From assembly GCA_028023455.1 (NCBI GenBank), contig JAQFVV010000005.1, forward strand, positions 21,266,001 through 21,330,000: DNA of 64,000 bases, written 5' to 3'. Source of the DNA: Epiperipatus broadwayi (taxonomy: Eukaryota > Animalia > Onychophora). How positions within the stretch are numbered: the stretch's first letter is position 1; each line of letters begins with the position of its first letter. The notes under the pieces were generated by a model. It searched no databases and was not told the origin of the DNA. It saw only the letters and a program-made list of their open reading frames with translations. Positions 25,706 to 39,555 of the stretch are shown here, piece after piece. The translations under genes were made by a program, and so were the position numbers.

Positions 25706-28700
25706 GATTGTAAAAGACCCAGAAAGAGACCACATGTTAGATGGATGGATGAAATAAGAAAGTGTGCAGGGGTGATGTGGAGAAGAGAAGCTAAAGATCG
25801 AAGAAGATGGATTAAACTTGGAGAGACCTTCATCCTGCAGTGGATTGATAATGGTTGATAATGATGATGATGATGATGTACAGGTGTGTGTAAGCCTGTA
25901 CATTGTATTAATTTAGACAATTGAATGATTTTTGAGTAAAGAAAAAGAGGGAGGTGGTTCTATTAAAAACCTCTTCTAAATCCTTTATAATTTGTGTAGA
26001 AATTTTTCTGATACTAATTTAATACAAAATATTGTTAAATATATATATTTTTGCACCTTTATCTTATCCAGCACTTGAAGCAATTATCTCTTTTCCCCAC
26101 CCATTGGACTACTTACCATTAGTAATAATAGTTTGTCATTGCGTGCTAATACTTTAATGTAATCTCAAATTTATAGATATATCATCACATAACGAAACTC
26201 TTTATAAAGCCACATATACTCAAAAACACGATTTTTTCATGCAAAATCAATCTATATTGCTTTTATAAACTTAAGTGTTTAATTATTGAATTTAAGAATC
26301 GATTAGCAATATTTTTTATCTTTAGCTTAGGTAATTAGCATTCTTACAATTAATGATATTAGGTAATTAAACGACCTTTTTCAAAATGCTTATTTAGTAA
26401 TTAATTTTTTTTATAAATAGTCCTGTAGCTTTAAATGATTTAGGAATTAGTTTTGTTATAACCTTGCGTCAATCAAAATTAATTGACCAGTTGTCCTTGC
26501 TTTGGTCGTACCTTTTTTAAAGTTTATCGAAAGAAATTTTTTTTTAAATCTACCAAAGAGACAATCTGTGTTTGTATATATATTTTTCATGCAAGTTTTA
26601 TTAGATAAAAAGATAATTAATTACTCTATCAAAAAGCAGACTGCATTCGAAAATAGTTCATTAGCAACGTAACAAAGAAATAAAATTATTTGGAGATCAT
26701 TAAGAATTAAATGAGATACAAGGTAATGCCATTTTATTACTGATAATGATGAAGATTAGAACTGGCTCGATTACAATGTCAGGAGAGTTAATAAAAATTC
26801 CTACAATTAGTGAAAAACTATGGTAAATTTACACCGATGATGATCAAGTCTTACCACTTCATTGCCATTTTCACGAGACTTTGTAATCACCAAATCTACT
26901 TTTGGCAAGAAATACTAATATAGAGGAATTCCAAACAAGATCAGCTCTCCACTTTGATATCATTTATAATTAAACTGGTTACCAGATGGTACTGGATTTA
27001 ATTCTCTACTTTCCAACTGGATTTTGCCTTTATCAATAAGGACTTGGGTTTCCAAACTGTAACCAATATAGTTGCTCCTTTAATACATATCTGCAATTCC
27101 TTATCTAATACTAAGCTAAAAATCATGGAACTAAAAAAAACTATGCTTATTCCAATTTAATCTCCTATATTCATTAATAAAAGAAAAAACCAGAAACTTA
27201 TTTGGAAAAGAGGGTTAAAATACCCTACCATCTGGAAATCATTGATTAATCAAACTACTGTGGATGGATATAAAGCAAAGAACTGCTTTTACTCACATCA
27301 TAGTGTGTGAGCTAAAGAACTAAATGACTATGTTTATATATACATTTGTCACCAGAAAAAAAGATGCCTATAGTTGGAAACAAACCTGATATTATTAAAA
27401 CTGACATGGAATCAGATCTATATAACTATAGAAGCAGATTGAATTGGGTTCAAATCTTAGGGTTTTTTTTAATTTCAAACTTTTATATTAAAAGTAAGCA
27501 AAATGTTAAAGATGGTTGCCAGGTGCATAACTGTTGATTTCAATTTTGAATTTGATGTCATTATTGATAAAGACAAAGGCTGGGAAAATGTCTGGGGATG
27601 GAGATTTACACTACCATCCGATGATTATTCAGTCATCCTAAAGATAACATTAGAATGGGGATCTCATCTTGTTTACACTATATTATGTAAACTAATGATT
27701 CACTTTGATATTGTGGTGGTGAACTTAGGTGTTAGAAAGAAATGGCAAACTAACAGTCATGATTTTTATATATTTTTAGTTTTTGACTGCAGTACCTTTT
27801 TCCAAGTATTTCTTTCAATTTATCATTTAATGGATCAATAATAGAATAAAGCAAGAGAATCAATAAATGACTGAATTGAATTTTGTATAGAGAAGAATGT
27901 TGACATTAAGAAGAACAAAAACATCTTTCTGCATCTTTTGAAGAGTAGATTGACAATAATTTGCTGCAATCAAACAATCGCATGCAGAGTAGCAGATTCA
28001 ATAGTTAAGATCCCTGAATCAAAGTTCAAATGTCAAACTATTTGATATTTATCCTGAATGTTAAAGTTGATCATTCCTGAATTCAAACTCATCTCATGCT
28101 CAAATGACTTCTCAAACAATCATTTAATTCTATTCTACATAGTTGATCTTTATTTATAAAAAAAAAATGTTTTTTATTTGTAATAATCTCTTATATTATT
28201 TTTACTGAAATTATGATTTAATGCACTGCAATTTTTATCGTAATCTTTACTTGAGTTTCAATTGTTCATTAGTCTTCTTCACATCTTTTTTTAATCTTTT
28301 GTAATATTTTAGTTGATAAGATTATAATTTCTGAAGAAGATTGTTGATCAGTTGAAGCAGTCAGTTTGATTAAAGAATATAATTAATAGCATTGAAATAA
28401 GGTAGTAAGGATGTGTTTAGATATTATTTAGATTCAATATAACCAATGCAAAAAATATAAGGACAAAAGAAGAAATATTTTATATAATTACTTCATAGAC
28501 ATATCTCCTTTTTACAACTACATGCAGTAAATACATAAAAATTACAATTCTTTCTTTTAAATTTCTGTATATATTCAAACACTCAAAACATGAGGTTTAT
28601 GTCACTAGCCAATTAAAAAAATTGCAAAGTTTTATTTGATCTGAAAATTTTGATGAAGCTTTTTTAAAAACAAAATTCTATTAGGCTAAACAATTTTAAG

Positions 28701-30853
28701 CATTTTATACTAACTTGTGATAAATGTCAATGCCAAACAATATATGACTACCACTATAACCACTATTATCATTATGTAATGGTGATCTCATTCTGGAATC
28801 AAATTATGTAAATATTAAGTAATGGTTAACACTAGCTGTCATTACAGATAATATTGTATCTGTTTCTAGGCTATTTGTTTTATGACCAACATTGTTTTTT
28901 AATTTGTTTATTCAATTAGCTTATAATTAAGAACATTGAAACAAATGTATGTTGAACTAGTTAAATCACATAGTTATGCATGCAAGTTGGTTTGGGCTTA
29001 AAACTTTGGACTGGTTGAAATTATCAGGAAGACTTGTATGATTTAAAGCAGTAGTTGGTGGATTCAAGAATTAAAAGTTTCTGGATCTATATCTTGTTGA
29101 GAATAATAAAACAAATTTTGTTCAGTCAATAGAAAAGAACAGTTATACTTCATTTGTTACAATGGTTAATCAAAAATTGCTTGGTCTCCTGATCAGTTGA
29201 CCATATGATTATTTTTATAAATAGATAAAAGTGGTTTTGGGGAGAACAAATTGTAAATCAATATTCTTTCAAAAGTTTTTAATTTGATTTTAGGGTGAAG
29301 AATAAAATATCCCAAATTGCAGGTTTAAATATGTGTTCTGTTGTTACATTAATATCTTATTTGTATATAATTAAGTATTGAATAAGCTATCATGTGATTT
29401 ACCTTTTCTTGCATAGATACTAATGCCCTCTATACTCAGTGACAATCATTATATTAACTTGACAACTTTCAGATTAAACCATGGCTTATTTACTTCCAAA
29501 AACACAGTAGTTTCACTGCTTTAGATTGCTGCTTTACCATTGTTGTAACTCATTTTAACATAGGATTTTTTTAATAACAGATTCTATCATTTGACGTGTA
29601 TTGATTTTTTAATTGAAACAAAATCTGAAGAAGTCATTATCTTATGGGCAGTCAGCTAAGATCTAAGGTCTTTCATTTTTTATGATCGAAAAAATGTGTA
29701 GACGGTGTTCACTTCCTCTTTTATGCCAAGTTTTTAGAATAAAAAAGTGATTTATGGCTTGTTTATAAAATATTTTTGGATTATTTTTATACACCAATTG
29801 GCTGATAATTATTTAAAACAAAAAGAATACATATATAAAAAAAATTATTCATTTATCTTTTTAGTTTTAGAAGTAAAAGTTCATAAACTTGACCATAATA
29901 TAAAGAAAATATAGGTATGTGAAATTCCATCTGTTATAGTTGATGTGATGTTAAATATTGTGATAATCATAAAACAAATAACAGATTTCAAAGCAGAATT
30001 TGATAGGTTGTCATAAATATACATTTGTTTGTCCACATTAATATATATATATATATATATAAATGAATTCACATTGTTGTATGATTGAAGAATGCCATTA
30101 CATCTTTTATTTGTGTTTACAACTCATTTTTTAAATATTTGTAAATTGTAAAGATGAATTTTTAAAATATATTTCATTTGTAAAATTAAATTGAAAAGAA
30201 ATCAAGTCCAATTTATTAAGTTTTAATATAAAATAAATATTTTATACAGAGATGAAAGGTTGAGAATTTTCGAAAATTCCACCAGGTGTAGCTATAGAAA
30301 ATGCCAGATTTCATAAGAATTAATATTCATTGAGAAAATGAACACTAGATGATCATGTTAACAGCTTCTAGATCAATTTTTGGTTTATATCAAATAAAAA
30401 GACCTTCTGCATTGTTGTAACAGTTGGACAACATCATGTTATTAAAAATGTTTGCTGTAGTGATAAAAGTGGCAAATCAATCCTCTCCTTAGAAATGATA
30501 GTAATTTATATAAAGATTGATGGCACTGCCATCTAGTGCTAACTAAATAAATAAAACAGTATTTAGTCATTAGAATGAGAGGGCTGTTAGAAGTCATCCT
30601 GTATTTTTGTGACATCTATTATCTCCACAACTACTTAATGTTAAAGTCATGTAGCATGAAATAGTTTTTTTGTAACCTTAAAAAGAATTGATTGTATCTG
30701 GCATTTTATTTTACAATTTAATCATAAAAACATCTGCAAATTGATACATATATGTAAAATTAAAAAGTAAAACAATCTTAAAGGTTTAGTGCAAGAACCC
30801 AGTATTCATCCTTTGAAGAACTGTGACGTAAAAGACATTATTTTACAGGTTAG

Positions 30854-30931
30854 TTAATTTTCAGTTGGTAAGAGATTTTGTACTTTTTTCCCCCTGTTTT
30901 TCTCTGCTGCTAGTAATTGTTGAATATCCAT
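30854..30931 (-). pseudogene. possible V-ATPase subunit G N-terminal fragment
   Basis: MDIQQLLAAEKNRGKKV resembles invertebrate 'GIQQLLAAEK(K/R)AAEKV'. The similarity is limited to ~15 aa and could be chance. Confidence 0.25.
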
Positions 30932-32008
30932 TTTTTAACCAGTATCTAATGGTTTAGTGGAGATGGTTGTAATTATGGATATCTAAAAAATTATCAGTTT
31001 GTTTGAAAATTCTCAAACACCTGAAAATATTGTCTAATTTTACTCTCGATTTGAACCCAGTTTGTGGATATGAGAAAGCTTTGCAACAGCCATTGCATAA
31101 ATAATGCCTATACATATATAAGCCATATTTTAAATAGTTTTACATTGATGCTGTTTTTAGTTTTTTTTTTTTATTAATCATCAAGTAAAAATTAATTGTT
31201 TTTTTTTTTTTTTTAAAAAAAAAAAAAGTTGTTGAAAGGCAAAGAAAATCAAATTGTTTAGTTACATTGTTAAGCTCAGTTTTCAAATTAAATATTCTCT
31301 CTTTTTTTTATGTCTTTTTAAAAAAAAATTTATTATACGAGAATATTAACTTCGTTTATAATTCTTTTTAACATTTTTCTTTGTTTCATTAATTATTTAT
31401 AAAATTAATTGGTTAGACTTTGAAGTAAGAAAGAGCAGAATGTGAGGATCTTTAAAGGTTTGTATTAAAATTTCAAAGAAATTATCTACATTCTATAATT
31501 ATCATCAGGTGCAAGTTTTTTTTTGCACATTATATATTCGTGTAGCATGCATGCACACACACACACATACATAAAAATGGTAAATAAACAGGATTGAATC
31601 ATTTTTAAGGAGTTTTTTTTAGCAAACTACATCACATCTTATCCGGTGCAGAAACGCATCCCCGATTTTTTTCACTATGTATTCATTTTGTCAGCAATCT
31701 TCACTCATCAAAGGAATTAAAGGTTTCAAACACCAGAATCTTCATGCCAGTATTGACATCTTGTTTTAATATCAAAAGGGTTGAGTAATATCTTCTATGG
31801 TACAATTTAGAGTGAATATTACAGATACAAAAGATAACCATATCACAAATTATCAATAATCCAAAGTATAGAGAAAATAATATCTTAGCTATATTCCAAA
31901 ATAATCTTCAGATTTTTGGGTGGTGTTACTGTCTCTGGGAGAGATAGATTAGAAGATTAAACAAAAAAATTTTAAATGAACTATAATAGTTTTATTTACA
32001 GATAGATA

Positions 32009-32403
32009 ATAATTAAAAAAGCAAGTCATATATAATGTGACATTACTCTTAATAAGCTTGTAGTTACAAAAATGCACATAGAGTGCGTACCAATAGCTCA
32101 AACAAGCTCTCAATAAGTGCGGTATGAGAAAATATTTAAAATCTCTACCCAGAACACTCTCATCTCCAGACCAACTGGTTTCGAGCTTATGGCTCACATC
32201 AGTGGAGAGCTAGAATATTCAGACACTAGACCTAAAATATCAACTCAAAAAACCAGCACTTATTTTATACTGACGTGAACCATAAGCTCGAAACCAGTTG
32301 ATCTGGAGATGAGAGTGTTCTGGATAGAGATTTTAAATATTTTCTCATAGCGCACTTATTAATTAAGAGCTTGTTTGAGCTATTGGTATGCTCTTTGTGT
32401 GCA
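32009..32403. mobile_element. hairpin element, family E, with hammerhead (32164-32207, -)
   Basis: Inverted arms and 13-bp TSD TTACAGATAGATA (31996-32008, 32404-32416). Minus strand CTCCA-CTGATGT-GAGC(CATAA)GCTC-GAAA-CCAGTTGGT-C-TGGAG. Confidence 0.88.
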
Positions 32404-35400
32404 TTACAGATAGATATATGTTAGATTATTTCCATCTAATCGAATCATTAAATGTTTTAGAAAAACTCAGACTTTATTTATACTTCACCAAATACATTCG
32501 AGTGTTGGTAATAGTAGACAGGTTAATATAAAACTCAATGTTTGAGTGCTGTTGTGTTCCTTTCTTAGATGCACAGGTCTGAACAGTAATAATAGTAACA
32601 TAAGGATTGAAGTGGTGAACTGTTTTGATAATACTGATTTTAAGATAAAATTCTAACCAATTAAATTATATTTAGAACAAATTAGTTGATTAGGTATGAC
32701 CTTAAACTCAATAATTTACCATCTAAAGGGCACCAGTTCAATTCCCATTCTAGTACACTACTTTTCAGGTTGGTAGCACCTAAAAAAGAGAACAATACCA
32801 TTTATAATGTTGCATTCTACATTAATCCTAGTATTATTATTAATAGTTGAGTATATTTGGAATAATATACTAAAGTTTGGATTTTTCTAAAAACATTTAA
32901 CAATTCGATCAGATTATAGAAATATTCAATGTAAAAGAAAAAAAACAATATTCTCATGAACTTTTGAACAGATATGACAATTTTATTGTTAAATGAATGA
33001 GGAGTTTTATATATTATGAAATTTTTATACAAAATAATGATCAAAAGATGAAATACAATGGAAGAATTAAAGTAGTGAAAAAAGCATTCAGGCTATTCAA
33101 AAATTAGTTATATAATAAAGGATTTAATAAGAAATAATTGATAATTAGCTGTTCAGGAGGTCATGTAATGTTCAAGCATTAGAACATTAAAAGTGTTATG
33201 TTAAACTTCAATCAAGAACCTCTTGGGTATCAATCTACCATAGAATTAAATGAAACAGGGCAGGAATTAAATTGTAAATAAGATTTAGAATAACTGAATG
33301 ATTTGTTGGTCTGGAAATTGTTGTTATGATCTATTAGAAGGGGAAAGTTGAGCCTTAATCCAAGTAATTTGATCTTGAGTGCAATATTTCACTATTGTGC
33401 TAAATTGTGCAGGGTGGATTAAAAAATAATTTAATGTTTTTTTGCTTAGGAGTTTATAAGAAATTTGAAGACTGTAAATAACACAATTGTACCATGATCT
33501 ATGAATCTTGAATTCCAGTGTTTGCCATTGTACAAAACCATACAAACCATAGGGCAGATTAAAAATGAGTATGTGTTATGCATGTAGGCACTTCTATGTA
33601 GTTGTGGGGGGATATTAAAAGAAAAAAAAATATTAGAAAAATAATGGAATAAAATATAGGATAGTAAAAACAATGAAAAAAATAAGCTGAACTGAAAATT
33701 GTGAATGAAGAAGGACTGGAAAACCAAAGACAATTAATTATAATAACTGCAAAAAATTAGTATATCTGCATCATTTATTTTTAAAAAACTTAAATAAATG
33801 TTACATCTAGGGAATAAATGCTGAAAAGGTAAGATAAATTTAACTAATTTATATTAATTTTAAATAATAAATATTTATTCATATCATAACTTGGCTTCCA
33901 TTAATTTGTTTTAACTAGCATGTCTAGTAGTTTATCACAACTGGATTTATTTAGGGATGGAGTTAATTGCAGAAAGCATAATTCAGTGATTTACTCAATC
34001 ATGCATCATTGGAATGCAACAAAACATTATTTTACTTGCAGTATTGTTTTGTAGCACTATTCTAATCAATAGTATTTGTTTACTGTGCATTTCATAATCC
34101 CAGTATATTGACTTAATTAACCATAATTCATAGTAATGAGTGTTCTCGATAGATACTTCTTTCTCTTTATATATATATATGTGTGTGTGTGTGTGTTTGT
34201 AATCACAGACCCCATTTTTTCTTTGTTTGGGATTTTTTTTATTATTGGCTGGTTTGTTTCTGAACCTATGACCAAACTAGTTGAAAGGCTGTTTTTTTTT
34301 TCAGCTCTGTAATTGTATAGAGGTCTTTTTGTTGGGTCCAGCCACTACAGTATAAATTGAAAAGGTTGATTTATATTGGTGTCATGCAATCTGGAACAAG
34401 ATTGAGCAAAAAAATAATGTGATTATGTAGAAGAGTCAACTAATCTTTTCCCCATAAGGATTCTGAAGAGAATTAAAGATAGATGGCATTATAATCGATA
34501 GATGCTAACATTCATTTATGAACATGAGGCAAAAAGAATATGAAATTATTTTCATTGATTAAAATATCTGAATGTAAGTCTTGCACTGATCTCTAAACTA
34601 AAGGAGGGGGCCCAAACTGGCTTATTGAACAAGAATATTTTTGGTCCTATTAGATACTGGACTCATCATATATAAATAGATGTATGATAATATAAACATA
34701 CAAATGGAAAGTAGAATAATTAGTGGAAGTAAGGATTTTAATAACCTTATGCAAGGAAACTGCTTTAGAGGTTGGTTTGACAATAGATTGTTGATATTCT
34801 ATTGGTTTATTAATTTTTGGCTATTGTGTTTTCAATTACATTTGGAAACCAGTCATAGATTGGACAATTATGGTTTAACATAGTCTTAAGCATTGAATAA
34901 GAATTTGTTTGAAAGATTATAATATTATTACTTATTAATCTGCTTTCAAACAAATTATCTTTGCCTGGCAAATGGTGTTTATTTAAAAATTTCTAGGCAG
35001 ATAAAAATCTCAATCTTTTTGGTCATTTGTGCCTATTTAATCATTTTAGATCATGGTAAAAGATGAAATTCATCTTTTATCTATAGATATTGCCTTAACA
35101 ACAGATTGTGGATATCTTATTGATTTATTAAGTTTTGGCTGTAATGCTGTGAATTACATTTGGAAACCAATTAGCTATTGCCAAGTCATGATTTAATATA
35201 ATAATATGGATATCATATTTTAGGGGGAAAATATTTAATGATTAGCAGTAATTGTTATTTTCTATTTAATTTTTTGCAAAATAAATATGACATCATTTAG
35301 TGGTTACATTTTATGTCAACTTAATCACATTTTACTGCATTGAGAACTGTATCAGTTCTGATGGATAAAAATTTAACTTCATCAAATTTAAGCTGAAAGG

Positions 35401-35872
35401 TTATCAAAAAGTCATTGATTACTTGGGAATGAACTGATGTCATGGTTTCTGCATGGTATACAATTGCTTTATCAATTAAATTATGCATTATAACTTTTGC
35501 GGCATTAACAATTTTATCATTTCTTTACACATTTACTCATTACTTGAGCAACTTCATGCACAGAATTTAATTAAGTTATGATTTTTCCAAATTTAAATTC
35601 ATTATTATTTTTTAAAAACTCCACATTTTATTTTCATAACGAGAGATTTTTTTGGTTTTGAAGATTAAAGCAAGATCTTAATTGATGTTATTGGCTATTA
35701 ACTTTCTCCTAAAGGTTTTTCAGTACTTTTTCTTCATAAATATATGTAAAATCTTTTTTTCCTTCAACACTTTTCAATCGCATCATACATCTCAAACTTC
35801 TTTTTTTGCAATCTTTTCTCTTTTGGATTTGCTCAAGAATAGTTTTTTTTTATATTAATTAGTCTCTGTCCA

Positions 35873-35958
35873 GTCAAGCATTGGTGGTCGAGAGGTCAGT
35901 GATGGCTGCTTTACAAGCAGTTGTCCCGGGTTATGCTATGACACATGAGAAAAAAAAA
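35873..35958 (+). mobile_element. tRNA-Gly-derived SINE, short subfamily (T-arm partly deleted)
   Basis: GTCAAGCATTGGTGGTCGAGAGG...ATGACACATGAG-poly(A). 16-bp TSD AATTAGTCTCTGTCCA. Confidence 0.85.
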
Positions 35959-36514
35959 TTAGTCTCTGTCCAGACTTTTTTTCCCCTTGATAATATCTTT
36001 AATCTTTCTTTATACTCAGATCTGTAGTTATTATTTATCTTTCAGCATTATTTTTAATATTCATTTTTTTCCTACTATTTCATCCTTATTTTTAGTTCAA
36101 CATCCACGTTTTTATAACTATGAAGTTAAAATATATATGATACAATGCGTGGATTAAAGAGGGCTTATTTTAATATAATACCAAATCAATTGCTCCCCAA
36201 AACATTTTTATTCTCATATTTACTTTTATCTAATTTATCTGAACCAGTAATTGTTTAGCATTCAGGGTTCAAACTCATATTTGAGTGATTGACTTTTTTG
36301 ATAGTTGCAATACACTGCTATCTTTTTTAAAATTTAGTATTTTCAGACATTGTATTTATTGTCATAAACTAATACTGTAATCTGCTGTATCACAATCTTT
36401 GGTTTCATATTTTGTCATGGATAGCAGTGAAGCTGGTTATAACATGTATTTTAACACAAGCACATATATATATAGTTTATGTGAACATATATATATATAT
36501 ATATATATGTATAT

Positions 36515-36550
<36 letters not shown>

Positions 36551-36599
36551 TAATGAGTATTACACACACCCATACATATATACTGTAATCAGCCAAAAT

Positions 36600-36900
36600 A
36601 TGCAGTACAGGGTCATTTAAAGGACATGTCAGATGGGAACCATAATATCTATGGATTTTCCATAGAGTATGAATCCTCTTATAGACAGTATAATAACTAA
36701 TTATACATTCATTCTGCCTTATCAGGCAACTGAGAAGAAGGACCATGGTGTTTCTTGATCTTAAAAAGCCAATAAACTCACCACTTTGGCTAATGCATGT
36801 TGGTGAGCAGCCCATCCATGTTCGTATACTATATGAATAATCACATAATAATAACAGCTACAATGACAAGATTGTATGGAATGGACATTAAGAATTTGCT
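36600..36900 (+). mobile_element. decayed LINE RT fragment
   Basis: Frame RRRTMVFLDLKKPINSPLW resembles RT 'VFLDLxKAFDSVxW', with multiple stops around it. Confidence 0.45.
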
Positions 36901-38469
36901 CTGCTCAGTTCCTTTAAGGCCTCCAAGAGGAATCAACTTAAATCTTATCTCAGGTTTTATTTATTTAAAAATTTAAAATTTAGGTTCTTATAATTTTTAA
37001 AATCTCATATCAAGTTCTAAAATGCCTATATTTGGGGGTTCAAAATTAAAATGCACTTGGAACAAGAAAAATGATTGTGGTAATATAGTTTAAATCTCTA
37101 AAATGTGTCAATTATTCAAGTTACACTCTAAACATTTTATATGCTTCTCTGACCTTTATCATCAAACATTTGTATTTTAAGTAAGCAGAAATGTGAACAT
37201 ACAGTAATGAAGTATTTAAGTATTTAAACAACATTTTTAAATATTTTAAAGTTCTTCAAGTACAACTATTTCATTTCTACCATCTATAAATGATTTATAA
37301 ATTTTATGTCTTTTACATAAACTTTCAACAAGTATTAACATGGGATAATGCAGCAGGTAGGAAGATTGTATTTTATACTCCCAACTACATTATAAGTGCA
37401 TTTGAAAATAAAAGCAAATAAAAACAATATTTATCTTCTTATAATGAAGGTAAAATGAACGATAAGCAAAATAAATAAATAAATAAATTTTATGTGACCA
37501 TTAAAATGTACTCTTATCAAATAATTAATAATAAAATTTTATTAAGTAAGATTTTCAGAGTAACGAAGATGATAAATGTAACAATGGCAATGAAACAGAA
37601 ACATATTTAATTAATAATAAAAAATATTTATTTATACTATGAGATAATACTTATACAATAAAATATTTATTTACAATAAGCATTTTTAAATTTAATAAAT
37701 TATACTAACAAAGTGTTAATAAACTTTACACATAAATATCTCTTTCCACAAAACATTCCTAAATAATTTACAATACAAACAGTTACCATCACCCAAGAGT
37801 TCTCACCTTTATCTAATCTGGTTTTCCTTTAAATATTATACATGCAGAGTAAAACAATACACCTATATGTCTATATTTAGGCCACCAATAAGATATTATA
37901 TACTTTACACAGTGAGACTGGGTTTTAAAATCAGTGTGGAGACACTTTATTGATTTACAAAGATAGCAAAAATATTATGCAAAATAGTAATATGAATATC
38001 TATTACTTAAACCTATGATGGGGTGAGGAAATAAATATGCACGATGCTCATAATGTATTTTAAATTTAAGTTGCAGCAGAGTTAATAATATATTTTAAAG
38101 ATAGACATGCCTTCAGTTATTATAACATACTAAAATACGCATTATATTAAATTCCAGACAAAGTGGATAATAAAAATTATGAATAAGAAAAATACAAATA
38201 GGCACCTGGAAACTGTACAGGCAGTGCAGATAAATAAGCAAGCCATGCTCTGACTCATGGAGGAGCTGATTGCATGCAAAAGTAATATACTATCCATATA
38301 AAATTATCTAAATGGAAACCATTAATAGCACAGGGCATGGATTTGATAATGATAATAAATAAATAAATAAACATCTCACATACAAATGCATAGAATGCAT
38401 CCATTCAGCCTAACACTCTGTGTACATCAACAAATCATAATTTTATAATGATAACAATATTCAGTTTTA

Positions 38470-38539
38470 TGATAAATGCTTAGCAAGAGAAAGCATTTAA
38501 AATATCTCTATCAGAAACCACACCCGAATCCCTGATCAA
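38470..38539 (-). repeat. family B fragment ending at the hammerhead cleavage region
   Basis: TGATAAATGCTTAGCAAGAGAAAGCATTTAAAATATCTCTATCAGAAACCACACCC..ATCCCTGA matches 45655-45720. Confidence 0.85.
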
Positions 38540-39325
38540 GCCCCCTCACAACATTATATTATGTATAATAGCTCATTTTGTTTAATAGTCTTGAATAGAA
38601 TATATTAAGTATTGTCTCTTATTCTCTTAAGTAAACAGTATAATTCTTTTTAATATATATATTTATTTATATTAGGTTCTGTTCTAGGTAAAGTGCTTTC
38701 TTATAAATAGATAATTCCACACATTAAATATTTCTACCTAAACTTTCAGTAAAAATATTATTATTACAATTATGTGTATATAAATTAATATTCTAATATA
38801 AATATTTTTTTAAAAAAATAGTAATGTTATAAATAATAAATTGAGGAAACACATTTACATATATACTTACAAAACTGTGTATGTGTTCAATCATTCACAA
38901 TTCTATTTCATTCTAATTGAATACCTGGACAAATTTTTTTTTTCAATAATTTTTAAAAAAAAATTCTAATGAAAACATAGCAGCAGTTTTCTTTAGGAGA
39001 TGCAGATTCATCAGTTATTTTAATATTTTTAAGATTGTAATGGTTTTAGAATCTGTACAACCATCCTCTATTTGTGGTAAATAATTGTAATTGTGTGATC
39101 CAAATTCTCGGCTAAATTCTTCATAGATACTTTAGACTTTCAATGCAATATAAAACTATCAATCAGAACATTTTTACAATTCTCATAACATTTAACCATA
39201 GATTTAAGACTTATTCCATTTTAACCAAAAAATTATGTCATGTTTTAGTTACAACTTTAGCTGTTTTAAGGACACCAGCGATAATGGCATAAATCTGCCT
39301 TTTCCTCTATTTTCTCTCATTGGTG

Positions 39326-39555
<230 letters not shown>

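Larger units (their letters stand above)
22748..25878 (+). mobile_element. near full-length RTE-clade non-LTR retrotransposon
   Basis: APE endonuclease plus RT in one ancestral ORF, short 5'UTR, (GAT)n tail, ~3.1 kb. Confidence 0.95.

Noticed and set aside
23124-25920. Minus-strand ORFs overlapping the RTE, and ORFs at 4559/4587
   Set aside because: Antisense shadows of the RTE coding sequence.
26855-27050. Two adjacent minus-strand exon candidates (SNYIGYSLETQ..., YFLPKVDLV...)
   Set aside because: Splice phases are incompatible, there is no recognisable protein, and the region looks like decayed TE.
36710-36828. Minus-strand exons YEHGWAAHQHALAKV / LPDKAE*
   Set aside because: Better explained as the antisense of a decayed RT fragment (VFLDLKK motif) on +.
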